A stretch of DNA of 63,880 nt, filler included, from Octopus bimaculoides (GCF_001194135.2; 6 parts of 6 records of this genome joined end to end with filler, not necessarily neighbours in it); one strand, 5' to 3'. Positions 23,917 to 37,652 are shown, numbered from the whole stretch's first letter. Made by a program: numbers and translations. The notes: generated from the sequence alone by a model not told the origin.

Positions 23917-24356
23917 TGTAGCTTGTTGGACTTCGTTAGCGGTACGAGCCATGTTTAAAAAATCTTTTATTAACAAGAGATATATCTATTTTCGACTATG
24001 AAGTGTCAAAGTTCACCATTCTTAAGAAATCCTTCAAGAAGAAACAAAAGAGATTTTTTTTAAATATTATAATTATTGTAAATATGTAAATAATAAATAA
24101 AATCTTATAAACAGGCACATTTGGGACACTCCTATTTATAAAACCGGATTAAAAAAAAAATTCTTGTAGACAAAAAGCTGGGGTGAAGGAGGAGAGAATT
24201 TAACACACATAGGTGCAGTATGTATGTGTGTGTGTGTGTATCATATAGAGGTAAAAGTTCAAAATACCTCCATACATACAGTGTAGTGAACCGAAGGGAG
24301 GGTGAAATTTTGAAACACACGCACACATATCACAATATCACACACACGTGTGTGTA

Positions 24357-24390
<34 letters not shown>

Positions 24391-24499
24391 TAGAAATGAT
24401 GTGACACTCATATACAAATCAAGTATTGAGAATTAGATATAAGAAAAATGTTGTCGAAGTCAGTAATCAAAGTTGGAGCGGAGGTATATGAACTTAATG

Positions 24500-24720
24500 T
24501 TGGGTTGGTGCATAATTATTGCGGCTTTTTTCAACAAATTTTATTCAACAAAAACATCTTTAAATGATGGTCTGACCGTCTGCCAAGCAAATGGGAAGCA
24601 GTAATTGAGGTAGATGGTGAATATGCTCCGGAATAATCATTCAAAGACGTTTTGTTACATGTCGTTATTGTTTTTGTTGAATAAAATTTGTTGAAAAATT
24701 TTTTTAAAAGCCGCAATAGA
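24500..24720 (+). mobile_element. Internally deleted mariner (DD34D family) derivative
   Basis: TIR start TTGGGTTGGTGCATAATTATTGCGG resembles mariner TIRs, with ~40-bp inverted arms. The interior encodes RLPSKWEAVIEVDGEYAPE*, like a mariner C-terminus. Confidence 0.75.
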
Positions 24721-25005
24721 ATTTCTAAGGGTTTGTGGTGGTAGCGGTGGTGGTGATTGAAGGTATGCTGTTGATAGTTTTGGTTATTACAATGGTGGTA
24801 GTATTGATGGTGGTGGTTGTAGTAGTGATAGTGGTAATTGTGGTGTTGGTTGTTGAAGGCGGTATGGTGACACTATTGGCTGTTATGATGTTGGTGATAG
24901 TATTTAGCGATGGTTGTAGAGGTTACAGTAGCTGCTGCAGTAATGCCAATGTTAGAAATGCCGGAGGATGTTATTTGACTACAGGTCAATTCCGATCAAG
25001 CTGAG

Positions 25006-25162
25006 AGCCAGGCGTGGCTGTGGTAAGAAGCTTGTTTCCCAGCCACATGGTTCCAGGTTCAGTCTTATTGCGTGGCACCTTGGGTAAGTGTCTTCTACTG
25101 TAGCCCCGACCTGACAAAAGGCTTAAGTGGAGTTAGCAGACGGAAACTGAAAGAAGCCCGTC

Positions 25163-25197
<35 letters not shown>

Positions 25198-25398
25198 TGT
25201 CTGTCCCTCACCACCGCTTGACGACCGGTGTTTGGGTTTTTACGCCCCCGTAACTTAGGGTTCGGCAAAAGGATCCGATAAAATAAGTACCAGGCTTTAA
25301 ACAATATGTACTGGGGGACGATTCATTCGACTAAAAATTCTCAGAGGTGCCCCAGCATCGCCGCAGTCCAATGACTGAAAGAGATAAAAAGATAAAAA
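25006..25398 (+). mobile_element. SINE family B, full length
   Basis: Head, core, (TG)n linker, 3' half and tail present. Confidence 0.9.
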
Positions 25399-26884
25399 TA
25401 ATATTCCGCATATTTTCGTGTGTCCAGGACCACCAAGACCACGTCATTCATTGGTGGTGAGCAAAGGAAGTGATTTGAAGATTTAGCCTCTATTTCTAGC
25501 AGGCTGCACGACGCTGGCAGGGTCAAGTATTTTCTTTTCTTTTTTTTTTTTTATCCGAGAAGCTAAACGCATGAGCCATGGCTTACGATCAGGCGAGCTG
25601 CATCATTAAAAACAGTCGAGGTCGTCTTTATTCTCTATTAGGCGTGCCATTCAGATAGACTCGCGGGCCGCAAGTTGCCCGTGATTGACAAAGTCTCCCT
25701 CATTGGTGCGGCGGTGATGTGGTTGATTGTGGTGATGGTAGAAGTGGAGTGGTTTGTTTTGAAAGAGATGTATAGACAAGCAGACAGAAAAACAAGATGC
25801 TGGGATGAAAAAGAGGAAATTGTGGAGAGGATAGGTGGAGCCACTTGTCGCTTTACTAAGTGTGAACACAACACCGACCCTCTATCTAAAACACACACAT
25901 ACTATATATACATACATATACACATAATCACACGCGCGCGCGCAGACACTCACACACACATATCTATGTGCGTTTGTGCGTGTACACCTGTGTATTTAAG
26001 TATGAGTATATGTGTGTGTGCGTATGTATATGCAATGGTAATTATGTGTATTCATACACACACACATATATATATGTATATAATCACATACGCACTAACA
26101 ATCTCACATATATACACACCAAAGTACCTTCCCATACATACACACTAAATACTTGTCACACACGGACCCCCCCCCCCCGTTTCGTTCATACGCATACACT
26201 AAACACTACTGTCTGTCGTACATACACAGTAATCCCCCTCTCTTTCTCTCTTTTACACAAATTCATTAATCCTCTTTCCAAATACTAATCCTATTTTTCC
26301 TCTTCCCCCACTTACCCTGTCTCACCCTCCCTCTCTCTCATACAATNNNNNNNNNNNNNNNNNNNNNNNNNNNNNNNNNNNNNNNNNNNNNNNNNNNNNN
26401 NNNNNNNNNNNNNNNNNNNNNNNNNNNNNNNNNNNNNNNNNNNNNNNNNNNNNNNNNNNNNNNNNNNNNNNNNNNNNNNNNNNNNNNNNNNNNNNNNNNN
26501 NNNNNNNNNNNNNNNNNNNNNNNNNNNNNNNNNNNNNNNNNNNNNNNNNNNNNNNNNNNNNNNNNNNNNNNNNNNNNNNNNNNNNNNNNNNNNNNNNNNN
26601 NNNNNNNNNNNNNNNNNNNNNNNNNNNNNNNNNNNNNNNNNNNNNNNNNNNNNNNNNNNNNNNNNNNNNNNNNNNNNNNNNNNAGCTAACCCTCTCTCTA
26701 TCACACACACACACACACACACTAGCGGGAACCAAGTGTAGCTGAGTCAGGATTTAAGTGCCAGCATCTGGGTTCGGTCGTTTTTAAAGCAGGGGTTTGA
26801 ATAATATATATAGAACATATAGGAAAGATGTAGGTGGGTGCGAAGAAAAAAGAATTAGAGTGACAGAGACACAGTGGTGTAGAC

Positions 26885-27028
26885 CAGTGGTTCCCAAACC
26901 ATGAGTCGCGACCCACTGATGGGTCGCGAACGGAATCCTAGTGGGTCGCAAAAAGTTATAAAATTACTTATTAATGTTTTTACCCAGAAGAGTTAAGTGG
27001 GTCGCCATAAAAAGTTTGCGAACCACTA
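26885..27028. mobile_element. hAT-type MITE (144 bp)
   Basis: TIRs CAGTGGTTCCCAAAC / GTTTGCGAACCACTA with subterminal GGGTCGC repeats; TSD not resolved. Confidence 0.75.
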
Positions 27029-27066
27029 GAAAGAGGAAGGTGTAAGAAAGAGAGAGAGAGAGGGAG

Positions 27067-27118
<52 letters not shown>

Positions 27119-27492
27119 ATGAACAACCAGATGAAGTCAGATGGAAGGAGGGGGAACCCTTAGAAAAGTATGTTGTGATGATGGTGATGACGAGTAAATG
27201 AAACTCGAAAACAGCTGACTTGTGTATTGAGTAGAGTTTCAAACATACGTACATATATATTCATATATACATACGTGCACACAGACATACATTTGCGCGC
27301 ACACATATACATACATACATAAAACAAGAATATTCATACACCCATACACGCACACAAACATATACATGCAAACACTCGGGAAGATACACACGTACACATA
27401 CAGATTATATACAAACATTATATACACACACACACACATATGTATGTATGTATGTGTGTGTGTGTGTCTCTCTCTCTCTCTCACTCTCTCTC

Positions 27493-27531
<39 letters not shown>

Positions 27532-27944
27532 GCACACAAGTACATATTTGTAACAAGATAACTTCAACCAACATGTGTTGAATTAAAAGGACTGCATTTG
27601 TCTCAAGACTTCCTTACGAAACCTAATGAGTTCACACACACATACACAAACACACACACACACAAATAGATGGCAAAACGGTGGTGGTGGTGGTGGTGGT
27701 GACGTAGAGTAAGAAGGTCTTTTTTTCTTNNNNNNNNNNNNNNNNNNNNNNNNNNNNNNNNNNNNNNNNNNNNNNNNNNNNNNNNNNNNNNNNNNNNNNN
27801 NNNNNNNNNNNNNNNNNNNNNNNNNNNNNNNNNNNNNNNNNNNNNNNNNNNNNNNNNNNNNNNNNNNNNNGTTGTTGCTTCTGTCTGCGGTATCGCTTGC
27901 ATGACAGTGAAACTCGTTTACAACCACCCCATAGTTTCAAAACA

Positions 27945-28500
27945 AGGACACATACACGATAGGCTTCTTCCAGTTTCCATCTAACAAAATTCCACGAGGT
28001 GCCAGAGTGGCTGTGTGGTAAGTAGCTTGCTTACCGACCACATGGTTCCGGGTTCAGTCCCACTACGTGGCATCTTGGGCAAGTGTCTTCTACTATAGCC
28101 TCGGGTCGACCAAAGCCTTGAGTGGATTTGGTAGACGGAAACTGAAAGAAGCCCGTCATATATATATGTATGTGTGTGTGTGTGTGTGTGTTTGTCGCAT
28201 AGCATAGTTGACAACCAATGCTAGTGTGTTTATGTCCCCATCACTTGGCGGTTCGGCAAAAGAGCCCGATAGAATAAGTACTAGGCTTCCAAAGAATAAG
28301 TCCCGGAGTCGATTTGCTCGACTAAAGGCGGTGCTCCAGCATGGCCGCAGTCAAATGACTGAAACAAGTAAAAGAGAGTCATTGGCCAGCCCGGGGTTTT
28401 TGTATTAGGCATTCGTCCAAGGTACCGAGGTACCGCACATTGGGACTGAACCTGAAAGCACGTGGATGCAAAGCTAGCTTCTTAACCACACAGCTCTATG
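27945..28500 (-). mobile_element. Older SINE B (minus) split by a plus-strand SINE B
   Basis: Minus core piece at 27945-27996 and minus head at 28380-28500 flank the plus copy. Confidence 0.6.
27998..28378 (+). mobile_element. SINE family B, full length
   Basis: Complete match to the family. Confidence 0.92.
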
Positions 28501-29057
28501 CTTGTTCCTATAAATAGCGATGAACAGTTATTACCCATTGTAATGTGTCCTTCGCTGTGATTTTCTTTTCATTTGAGATGGCAGAAATGTGATCTGAGCA
28601 AACGTTTTTTTCTTTAGACACAGCCATATCAACACGCATATACTATTAACTCAGACACATACACACACCAAACTCATACACACACCAAACTCAGACACAC
28701 ACAAGCTAGTAACACGTATACGTACACACACACACTGAAACAGAGACACACACAAAAGTATAATTTGTAACTCGTACATCCACACAAACAATTAACTAGA
28801 ACAAAGTTAATTTGTCAACTAAAAGTAACAATTAACTAATTCAGATAAATTTTCACCTTCTGTTACAGCGTGTATTTGAGAAGGGAAAGGCAGATGTTGG
28901 GGTGGGGGTGGGGGGTTGTCACGGCTACCAATTGGTCGTTTTTTAAGTTAATTCCTTTCCTCCAGGGTCACTGCAGATCTCCCCGCTCTCTCTCATACAC
29001 ACACACACTTGTGTGTCTGTGTTTGTCCCCCTAGCACTGTTGACAACCACAAATTGT

Positions 29058-29586
29058 CACCAGTATTCATTTTTTAAATTCTGGTACTTATTCTATCGGA
29101 ATCTTTGCCGAACTGCTACGTTACGGGAACGTAAACCAATCAGCACTGGTTGTCAAGCGGTGATGGGGTAAACTCAAAAACACACACATTTTGTATAGGG
29201 TCAGGGTTAGCACCTTGGGCAAGTCTCTCCTACTATAGCCTCGGGCCGACCAAAGCCTTGTGAGTGGATTTGGTAGAAGGAAACCGAAAAGAAACTCGTC
29301 GTATGTGTGTGTGGCCATCGTTCCTGTAACGTAGCGGTTCGGCAAAAGACGTCGATAGAGTAAGTACCAGGCTTTAATCGACTAAAAATTGTTCAAGGCA
29401 GTGCCCCAGCATGGCTGCAGTTTAATGACTGAAGTAAAAGATAAAACACACACACACACGATAGGTTTCCACACAGTTTCAGCCTTGGTCAACCCGGGGC
29501 TATAATCGAAAACACTCGCGCAAGATGCCGCGGAGTGGGACTGAACCCAAAGCCACATGGTTGCAGAGTGAGCTGCTTAACCACAC
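29058..29586. mobile_element. Nested SINE B cluster (minus 29058-29190 and 29452-29586; plus 29205-29447)
   Basis: Family motifs on both strands in a nested order. Confidence 0.75.
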
Positions 29587-30310
29587 ATAAAGAACCTTAT
29601 CGAATTTGTGATTTTAAAAGAATTGCGTTTCATTCTAGGTACCTCACTTCAGTAAGAAGTAAAGAGCCTACGAAGGACTGAAGTCCTTATTAGGGTGTCA
29701 GGGGTACACGAGGGAGGAAAAGGCATCTGTGTTTCATCCGCTTAACTTTATAGACATCCGAGAGTAGTGTTTGTAGTGAGGACGCTGGTGGTGGGGGGGG
29801 GGGTTAAGAAGGGAGGTCTTTTTGACCTCTGCAGACAGTGACAAGATTAAGTTGATAAAGGGTATTAGCTTACTACTCGCCTACTAATACCCGTACAGCT
29901 GATTAAGAGAGAGAAGGATAAGAGATTAGTAGCAGAGAGAATTTAAAGAGTGAAGAAACAGAGGGGAGACAGGGAGAGCGAGAGAGTGGCAGAGGCAGAA
30001 GGAGGGAGAGATATAAGTAGAGAGAATTTTGAACACTTTCACCCTCCTACCGACTCCATTGCGTTCACAAATGTAGAAAAAAGTACTCGATACTTAGAAT
30101 GTGTATATTCTGGTAGAAGCTGAAAATTCTTGAATCATATCTCTTAGTTCACGGGTGTCAAATATTCAAACAATTGAAGCAAGACATCATGTTTTGATGT
30201 GTTTATGAATATATCTGCTTAGATACTGTCACGCTACTCGCCAACTTCAAGCGTTTGAATAATTGGTAATGTGAAACTCAGAGTTCCGGATGAAGGAGTT
30301 TCAAATAATA

Positions 30311-30460
30311 AGCCTTTCTACTATAGGCACAAGGCATGAAATTTTGTGGGTGGGGATTGTGGATTACATTTACACCAAGACTAAACTGGTGATTATTTTA
30401 ACTTCGAAAGGATGAAAAATAAAGCTGACCTCGGCAAAATTTTGACTCAATACACGGAAG
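30311..30460 (-). mobile_element. SINE family A, degenerate
   Basis: tttctactataggcacaagg..gaaaggatgaaa..gacctcggc. Confidence 0.7.
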
Positions 30461-30724
30461 ACTATGTCTAGGGACCTTTTGGCCAATTAGTAATTACCTC
30501 CAATTTAGGCACAAGTCTAGTATACACAACTTTTCTATTGAGTGTGTATGCTCTCAGCTATTGACAACAGCTGTGTGTGTTCGTTTCTTGTTGCATCTTT
30601 GAGAACCGGTGTTGGTTCGTGTACATTCCTGTAACTTAGCGGTTCGACAGAAACAGCCTAATAGAATAAATAGAATAACTTTTGTAAAAAATCTGTCCTG
30701 AACTTATCTGTAATTATATGCATC

Positions 30725-31115
30725 TACAGGTGCAGGCTTGTCTGTAGGGTTAAGAAGCTTGCTTCGTAACAATGTGAATTCAAGTTCAGTCCCATTGCAA
30801 GGTGCATTGGGCAAGTGTCTTCTGCTATAGTTCCAAACAGACCAAAGTCTTGTGGGTGTGTTTGGTAGACAGAAACTGTGTGGAATCCTCTCATTCATTC
30901 ATACATACATACATACATACATACATGCATACATACATAATGTGTATTAGTGATTCTCTCTACAACCGCTTGACAATATATGTTGGTTTGTTTACATCCC
31001 CGTAACTTAGCGATTTGGCAAAGCGTTAGAATGAGCACCAGGATTTTTAAAAATAAGTATGGCTAAACCGTTCAATGTAGTGGCCCCCATCATGGCTACA
31101 GTCCAATGACTCAAA
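30725..31115 (+). mobile_element. SINE family B, older copy
   Basis: aagaagcttgcttc..gttcagtccc..gggcaagtgtcttctgctatag..ccccgtaacttagcg..catggctacagtccaatgact. Confidence 0.8.
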
Positions 31116-31297
31116 CAAGCAACAAAGAAATATATATACATATTTTGCATACAGTACCGTCTAAAAGAACGGGCACAACGGGCAGCTACCCAGGGACCTC
31201 GTGAATCTCAGGATCTACGTATGCTTTGCTTTGTTGTCAATAAATAAATGCTATAAGGCCCAATGTATTGATTTGCCCGGGAGCCTCATGGGTCTAG

Positions 31298-31860
31298 GAG
31301 CCGGGCCGCGAAACTTTTTTTCTCACGAGAATTCCGGACCCCAGTAATGAACTCATTTGCATACAGCCAATCACAGCTCACCTTGACCTTGTTGCCAAGT
31401 TAACAAACACACTACCAAGTAAACTCAAGACGAAGAACGGTGTTGTAAAGTCGATCGATCGCCAAGTTATGCTTGGTTTTAAAAGGAGAGAAGTAATTAG
31501 ATAGATTTGCATCTATACCTATTATCGGATTTTGTTAGGGCCCTATATGATAAAGATGTGGATGGGAAAAATCTGGGTAGAGGGTGATGTACTAGCAACC
31601 CTGTCCCCTTACTGTTTTACAAAGTAAACAACAACACAAATAACTACGCAGAGGCCATGGTTGAAACAAGAATAACAAGCATTATTAAAAGAAAAAAGAA
31701 TTATGGTAATTCCTTATCCAAGTGACCTTATCTTGTCGCTCTTCACTTGTTATGCGCTGATAAGTTAGTCTGATAGTTGGGCTCTGATTGGCTGTATGCA
31801 AATGAGTTCATAACTGGGGTCTGGAACTCTCGTGGGAAAAAAAATTTCGCAGCCGGGCCC
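31298..31860. mobile_element. MITE-like element with ~80-bp TIRs
   Basis: 31298-31380 is an inverted match to 31779-31860 (about 85% by eye); GC-rich ends. Confidence 0.8.
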
Positions 31861-31904
31861 AATTGTGATCAATGTGTGTTGTGGCTTGCTGTCTATAAAT
31901 ACCA

Positions 31905-32075
31905 TGCTCAGCAGCATTTCGTCACGTCTTTACGTTCTGAGTTCAAATTCCGCCGGGGTCGACTGCCTCTCATCCTTTCGGAGTCGATAAAAGAAATGCT
32001 AATTGAACACTGAGGTTGATGTAATCAACTTGCCCCTCCCCTTGAAATTGCTGGCCTTGTGCCAAAATCTGAAAT
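31905..32075 (+). mobile_element. SINE family A (5' truncated)
   Basis: gcatttcgtc..tttacgttctgagttcaaattccgccggggtcgac..ggccttgtgccaaaat. Confidence 0.85.
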
Positions 32076-32202
32076 CATTATATTGGAACATAAAAAGGCG
32101 ACNNNNNNNNNNNNNNNNNNNNNNNNNNNNNNNNNNNNNNNNNNNNTTAATTAATTAANNNNNNNNNNNNNNNNNNNNNNNNNNNNNNNNNNNNNNNNNN
32201 NN

Positions 32203-32241
<39 letters not shown>

Positions 32242-34329
32242 TATATGCATGCACACTCATACATTCGTACGTATGTGTGAGCATTTGGTTATGTTAGTGC
32301 ATATGTGTATAAGCGATTGATTGTGTGTGTGAATCGGAAAAGACGCATAACTACGTGTATTTGTTGAAAGAGCCAAATAATAGAGAAAAACAGAAAGTTA
32401 AATTGAAAATGTAAATTGAAATTTTGAAACAGAAATTTTACTGAAAGGACAAACAACTAATTAAAACAAAACAAAATATAGATAAATAATATCATGGCAT
32501 ATATATGATATATACGGATTCTATTCTATAATAATCTATTATATGAAAATAATATTTCGGATTATTATTTATCTGTTGGAGCATTACATATACAAGTATG
32601 TATGTGTACGTGCATGTATGTGTGTATGTAAGTATGTGTTTAGGAATATATGTACAAATGTATGTATGCATATATCAATGTATGTACGAATGTATGTATG
32701 TATGTATGCATGTATGTATATATGTATCTATGTATGAATGTATGCATGTATGTATGTATGCATGTATGTATATATGTATCTATGTATGAATGTATGCATG
32801 TACGAATTCTGTACGTGTGAATGTATGGATGTATGTATGAATCTATTAATATATGTATTTATCTATGTATTAAGGTATGATTGTATGTCTGTTTGTATGT
32901 ATGTGTGTATGTATGTATGTATGTATGTACGAATGTTTGTATGTATGTATGCATATATNNNNNNNNNNNNNNNNNNNNNNNNNNNNNNNNNNNNNNNNNN
33001 NNNNNNNNNNNNNNNNNNNNNNNNNNNNNNNNNNNNNNNNNNNNNNNNNNNNNNNNNNNNNNNNNNNNNNNNNNNNNNNNNNNNNNNNNNNNNNNNNNNN
33101 NNNNNNNNNNNNNNNNNNNNNNNNNNNNNNNNNNNNNNNNNNNNNNNNNNNNNNNNNNNNNNNNNNNNNNNNNNNNNNNNNNNNNNNNNNNNNNNNNNNN
33201 NNNNNNNNNNNNNNNNNNNNNNNNNNNNNNNNNNNNNNNNNNNNNNNNNNNNNNNNNNNNNNNNNNNNNNNNNNNNNNNNNNNNNNNNNNNNNNNNNNNN
33301 NNNNNNNNNNNNNNNNNNNNNNNNNNNNNNNNNNNNNNNNNNNNNNNNNNNNNNNNNNNNNNNNNNNNNNNNNNNNNNNNNNNNNNNNNNNNNNNNNNNN
33401 NNNNNNNNNNNNNNNNNNNNNNNNNNNNNNNNNNNNNNNNNNNNNNNNNNNNNNNNNNNNNNNNNNNNNNNNNNNNNNNNNNNNNNNNNNNNNNNNNNNN
33501 NNNNNNNNNNNNNNNNNNNNNNNNNNNNNNNNNNNNNNNNNNNNNNNNNNNNNNNNNNNNNNNNNNNNNNNNNNNNNNNNNNNNNNNNNNNNNNNNNNNN
33601 NNNNNNNNNNNNNNNNNNNNNNNNNNNNNNNNNNNNNNNNNNNNNNNNNNNNNNNNNNNNNNNNNNNNNNNNNNNNNNNNNNNNNNNNNNNNNNNNNNNN
33701 NNNNNNNNNNNNNNNNNNNNNNNNNNNNNNNNNNNNNNNNNNNNNNNNNNNNNNNNNNNNNNNTAAAAGGTATCATGACAGATGTTCACTTTATGAAATT
33801 CTCTTTAGTTATCTATTAAAACAGATTTAATTACAACTCTTAGATTAGTTCCCATTGACGTGTTGTAACATTGTCGTTGAGATTGTTTAGTTATTGTTGT
33901 TGTTCTTCTTTTTTTGTCATTTTATTGTTACATTTACATCTTATAAACACTTCCTGTTAATTGGTAACATCCATAGTAGCAGTAGTAGCAGCAGCAGCAG
34001 CAGCAGCAGCAGACGTAATGGTAGTAATTTGTATTTTTGTTGTGTGTGTTTTTGTTTTGTTCTGTTTTAGACAGTAAGCTGACAGAAGTGTGAGAGCATC
34101 GAGAAAAAGTTTTGTGTTATTTCTTCTTCCAGATCTCTTCGGTCTGAGTTCAATTCTTGCCTGAGTCAACATTTCATTTTATTTTGGTGATTCCATGAGA
34201 GCGCCACAACACGGTTGCTTGAGAAGTTGAGATAGCAGCCAAATATCCATCAAATCATACTTCTATCGTTCTTAAAATATAGAGAAAGGAATACTGTATA
34301 ATGTAATTGAAGACATACAGCATACTTAT

Positions 34330-34730
34330 GATATTAGGGAGTTCGCTTTGTAACCATATTGTTTCCGGTTCAAAATCTTGAGCAAGTGTTTTCTACAACA
34401 GCCTTAAGCCAACCAATAACTTGTAAATGAATTTGGCGGACGGGAACTGCGTGGAAGTCCACGTATTTGTGTACTTATCTGTGTATGTATACATATGAGT
34501 GTATGTACGTGAATGTGTGTCTCTGTATGCGCGCGCGTGCGTAATTGTATGTGCCTTTTATTTGTTTCTTAACTTTTAACAACTTCTATTGGATTGTTTG
34601 TGACTCCGTAACTTAAGTAGTTCGTCAGTATACCGGACTTAAAATAAGCCTCGGGGTCAAGTTGATCAACGAAACATGTTGATTTGCTGCCCTAGCATGG
34701 CCGCAGGGTAATGAGTGAAACAAGTAAAAC
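34330..34730 (+). mobile_element. SINE family B, highly degenerate
   Basis: gagcaagtgttttctac..gtaacttaag..gcatggccgcag..gaaacaagtaaa. Confidence 0.6.
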
Positions 34731-35329
34731 AAAAAAAAATAATTAATTAAGAGTGACACTATTGTAATCCTTTCGTTATAGCTTTACTGACACGGGGCCA
34801 TACGCTACGGATCAACGTCAACAACAGCAACAAACTCATGGTACCAATTTATTACTATAATGACAAGGAAGTTAAATTAGTAAACGTGTTGACTGTGAAA
34901 GGTTCATCATGCTAATAACAAGGGAGATAACTGCTGTCTCCTAAATGACCGATTGCCTGCCGTCATATTGACATTGTCAGCCATGTTTTCACTCTTAACA
35001 CTATTTGAGGTAAGAAGTGTATTGATAAACTAATGGCTTTGATGTTTTATTATTGTTATTTTTGTTGATGTGGTTCTTATTGCGGTTATTGTTGTTGCTG
35101 TTCATTGTATTGTTTTTATTGTTGTTGAAGGTACTGATTTTTTTTTACTGCCGCGGTTCAACTACTATTGCTACTATCACAACTATCCTACCAATAGTAC
35201 GAAAACTAATACTAATGCTACTAATATTAGTACTACCAGTGCTGTTGCTATTACCACTATTATTATCATTATTATAATTAACACGAATAGCAGCGGTAGC
35301 AACACACTGCGGCACTAGAAGAAGCAGCA

Positions 35330-35345
35330 ACAGCAGCAGCAGTAA

Positions 35346-35387
<42 letters not shown>

Positions 35388-35428
35388 TAGTAGTAGCAGC
35401 AGCAGCAGCATCAGTAGTAGTAGTAGTA
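35330..35428. repeat. Compound (CAG)n/(TAG)n microsatellite
   Basis: Direct read. Confidence 0.95.
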
Positions 35429-35549
35429 GTAACGTTGTCAAATTGTTTGATGAGACAGCAATCTCTTTGTAGAGAGCGCTATATAGGTGAGTAGGGAGAG
35501 GGGATAAATTGTTGGTTAAAAAAGAGTGATGGAAAGAGGAGTCAAAGAG

Positions 35550-35587
<38 letters not shown>

Positions 35588-35891
35588 AGAGAGAGAGAGT
35601 GGGAGAGAGAGAGAGTGGGAGAGAGAGAGAAGGGAGAGAATGGCTTTAGGTATTGTTATATCAATATATATATATATATATATATATAAGTAGTATAAGG
35701 TTATGTTTCAGTGTTTTTGCTTTGCGAAATGGACTGCAGCCATCTCTGATGAAACGGAGTAAACAACAAAAGCAAAATAAAGAGCAACAAAAAAGATAAT
35801 AGTGGTTTTATTTTTATTTTTATTTTCACTTTGATAATCAGTGACATTAGGCTACTAACACAACTATTACTATTACTATTTGTACAGCTAC

Positions 35892-35978
<87 letters not shown>

Positions 35979-35996
35979 CGACGACGATGATGATGA
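35892..35996. repeat. (ATG)n microsatellite
   Basis: Direct read. Confidence 0.95.
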
Positions 35997-36019
35997 TTGC
36001 TATTGCTGGTTTTTTTCGC

Positions 36020-36200
36020 TTTCACAATTTCAGGTGACAGGATAGTCGATTTCGTTGGTCCCCAGTTTTCAACTGGTACATTATTTATTGACTTCGAAAG
36101 GATGAAAGGCAAAGTCGACATCGGCGGACTTTGCACTCAGAACGTAAAGAATTAGCAGAAACGCCAATAGGCATTTTTGTCCGACGCGCCAACAATTCTG
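36020..36200 (-). mobile_element. SINE family A
   Basis: cgaaaggatgaaaggcaaagtcgacatcggcgga..ctcagaacgtaaag. Confidence 0.85.
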
Positions 36201-36529
36201 ATTTCTGATTTAGGTAGCAGATCATCAAGTGTGTCTAGTATTTTACTGGTATTTTATTTTATCGACACTAAAAAGATGAAAGGCGTTATTAACTTTCACG
36301 ATATTTGAACTCTTTACGTAAAAGTCAATAAGACATACAGCAAGATTAAAGACATCAGATGTTAAATGTATCTTTTTTTTTAAGTCACTTTCACGTAGTC
36401 AGTGGCTAGTTCAGTTGTATACGAAGCTAAGGTCATTTCTATTTTGCCACATGATGAAACTGATCAGGAAAATATGTATTGGGTTATGTGAAAGTCACTT
36501 CAAAAAAAGAAAGAAAAAGGGTTGGTCAA

Positions 36530-36770
36530 CCACCAATCTTCTTTCCGGTATGTAGAAAAGAAAAGCATTAAGCTTGCTGCCCACTTCCGGAAATTAAAAG
36601 CCAAAAATATCGTACGTCATCAAGTGGAGCATTGGACAAGTATCTGCACCAAACGATGAGTCAAGTAGGTATTGGTTGTGTAAATCTATGGACTCCGCCG
36701 ATTCACTCATCTTAAGATCGGAATTTTAACAAGATGCAAGCATCCTGACAAGTTTTTGCTGTCGAACTGG
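36530..36770 (+). mobile_element. Penelope-like GIY-YIG C-terminal remnant
   Basis: Frameshifted SFR..LAAHFRKLKAKNI../IKWSI..S.R..LC..L..RSE resembles PLE endonuclease C-termini; heavily decayed. Confidence 0.45.
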
Positions 36771-37411
36771 AGGAGGCAACCTTCTAATTATTAAGCGTAT
36801 CGTCTTACAAATCTTTGCTTTTCTCCTCCGATTAAGCCCCACCAGCCTTTTTAAAATCTTATATAAACTATTACCAATATTCTTGTAACAGATAGAAGAG
36901 AACACAGTATTTGTCTCCCTTTCCCTCTCTAAACTTTTTCTCGTTTTACCTTGATTTTGTAGTCTTGTTTTTTGTTCTCGTCTTCTCTTTTCTCAGAGAG
37001 TAGCCATGGTTATTTTGAGCCTGAGCTATTGTAAGACAATACACAGAATGCTACAAGCTGAACATGGAATTTATAACCTGTTATGTTCAGAAGGTTTATT
37101 ATTACGTGTGACACGTAAGATAGCTATGATATTAAGAAGGGAGATAGCGCAACTTCCTCTTCTTTGCGATTTTTGCTTATGTTTTCGTTTTGTTTTGTTA
37201 TCGATGTCATTGATATATCTAAGAGATCATGTATTTATTGGAGAAGTCTTGTAAATGGTGAAGTTTGAAGTATTCCTGTGATCAATTTATTCTTTTATTC
37301 TTTTTACTGGTTTCAGTCATCTAACCGCGGCTATGCTGGAGCACTATCCTTATCGCCGTCTTCTTTCTTATATCAAATGTTGAAATTAACGTTTTAAGTT
37401 GAATATACTTT

Positions 37412-37635
37412 TAAGGAGACGAGATGATTGAATGTTTAGCGCGTCGGATAAAATGCTAGGTAAAATTTCTTCAAGGTTCTTTACGTTCTGAGTTCATATT
37501 TCGCTAAGGTCGTCTTTGCTTTTCATCTTTTAGGGGTTCAGAAAATAAAACACTAGTCAAATAGTGAGATCGATGTAATCGAATTTCCCACTACTCCAAA
37601 AATTGCTTGTCGCGTGCCAAATTTTGTAATAATTA
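37412..37635 (+). mobile_element. SINE family A, degenerate (first of a tandem pair)
   Basis: tttacgttctgagttcatatt..gatcgatgtaatcga. Confidence 0.75.
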
Positions 37636-37652
37636 TTTCAAAGCAGTTTTAA

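Noticed and set aside
28895-28920. G-quadruplex-forming G-tracts
   Set aside because: Isolated low-complexity G runs with no functional context.
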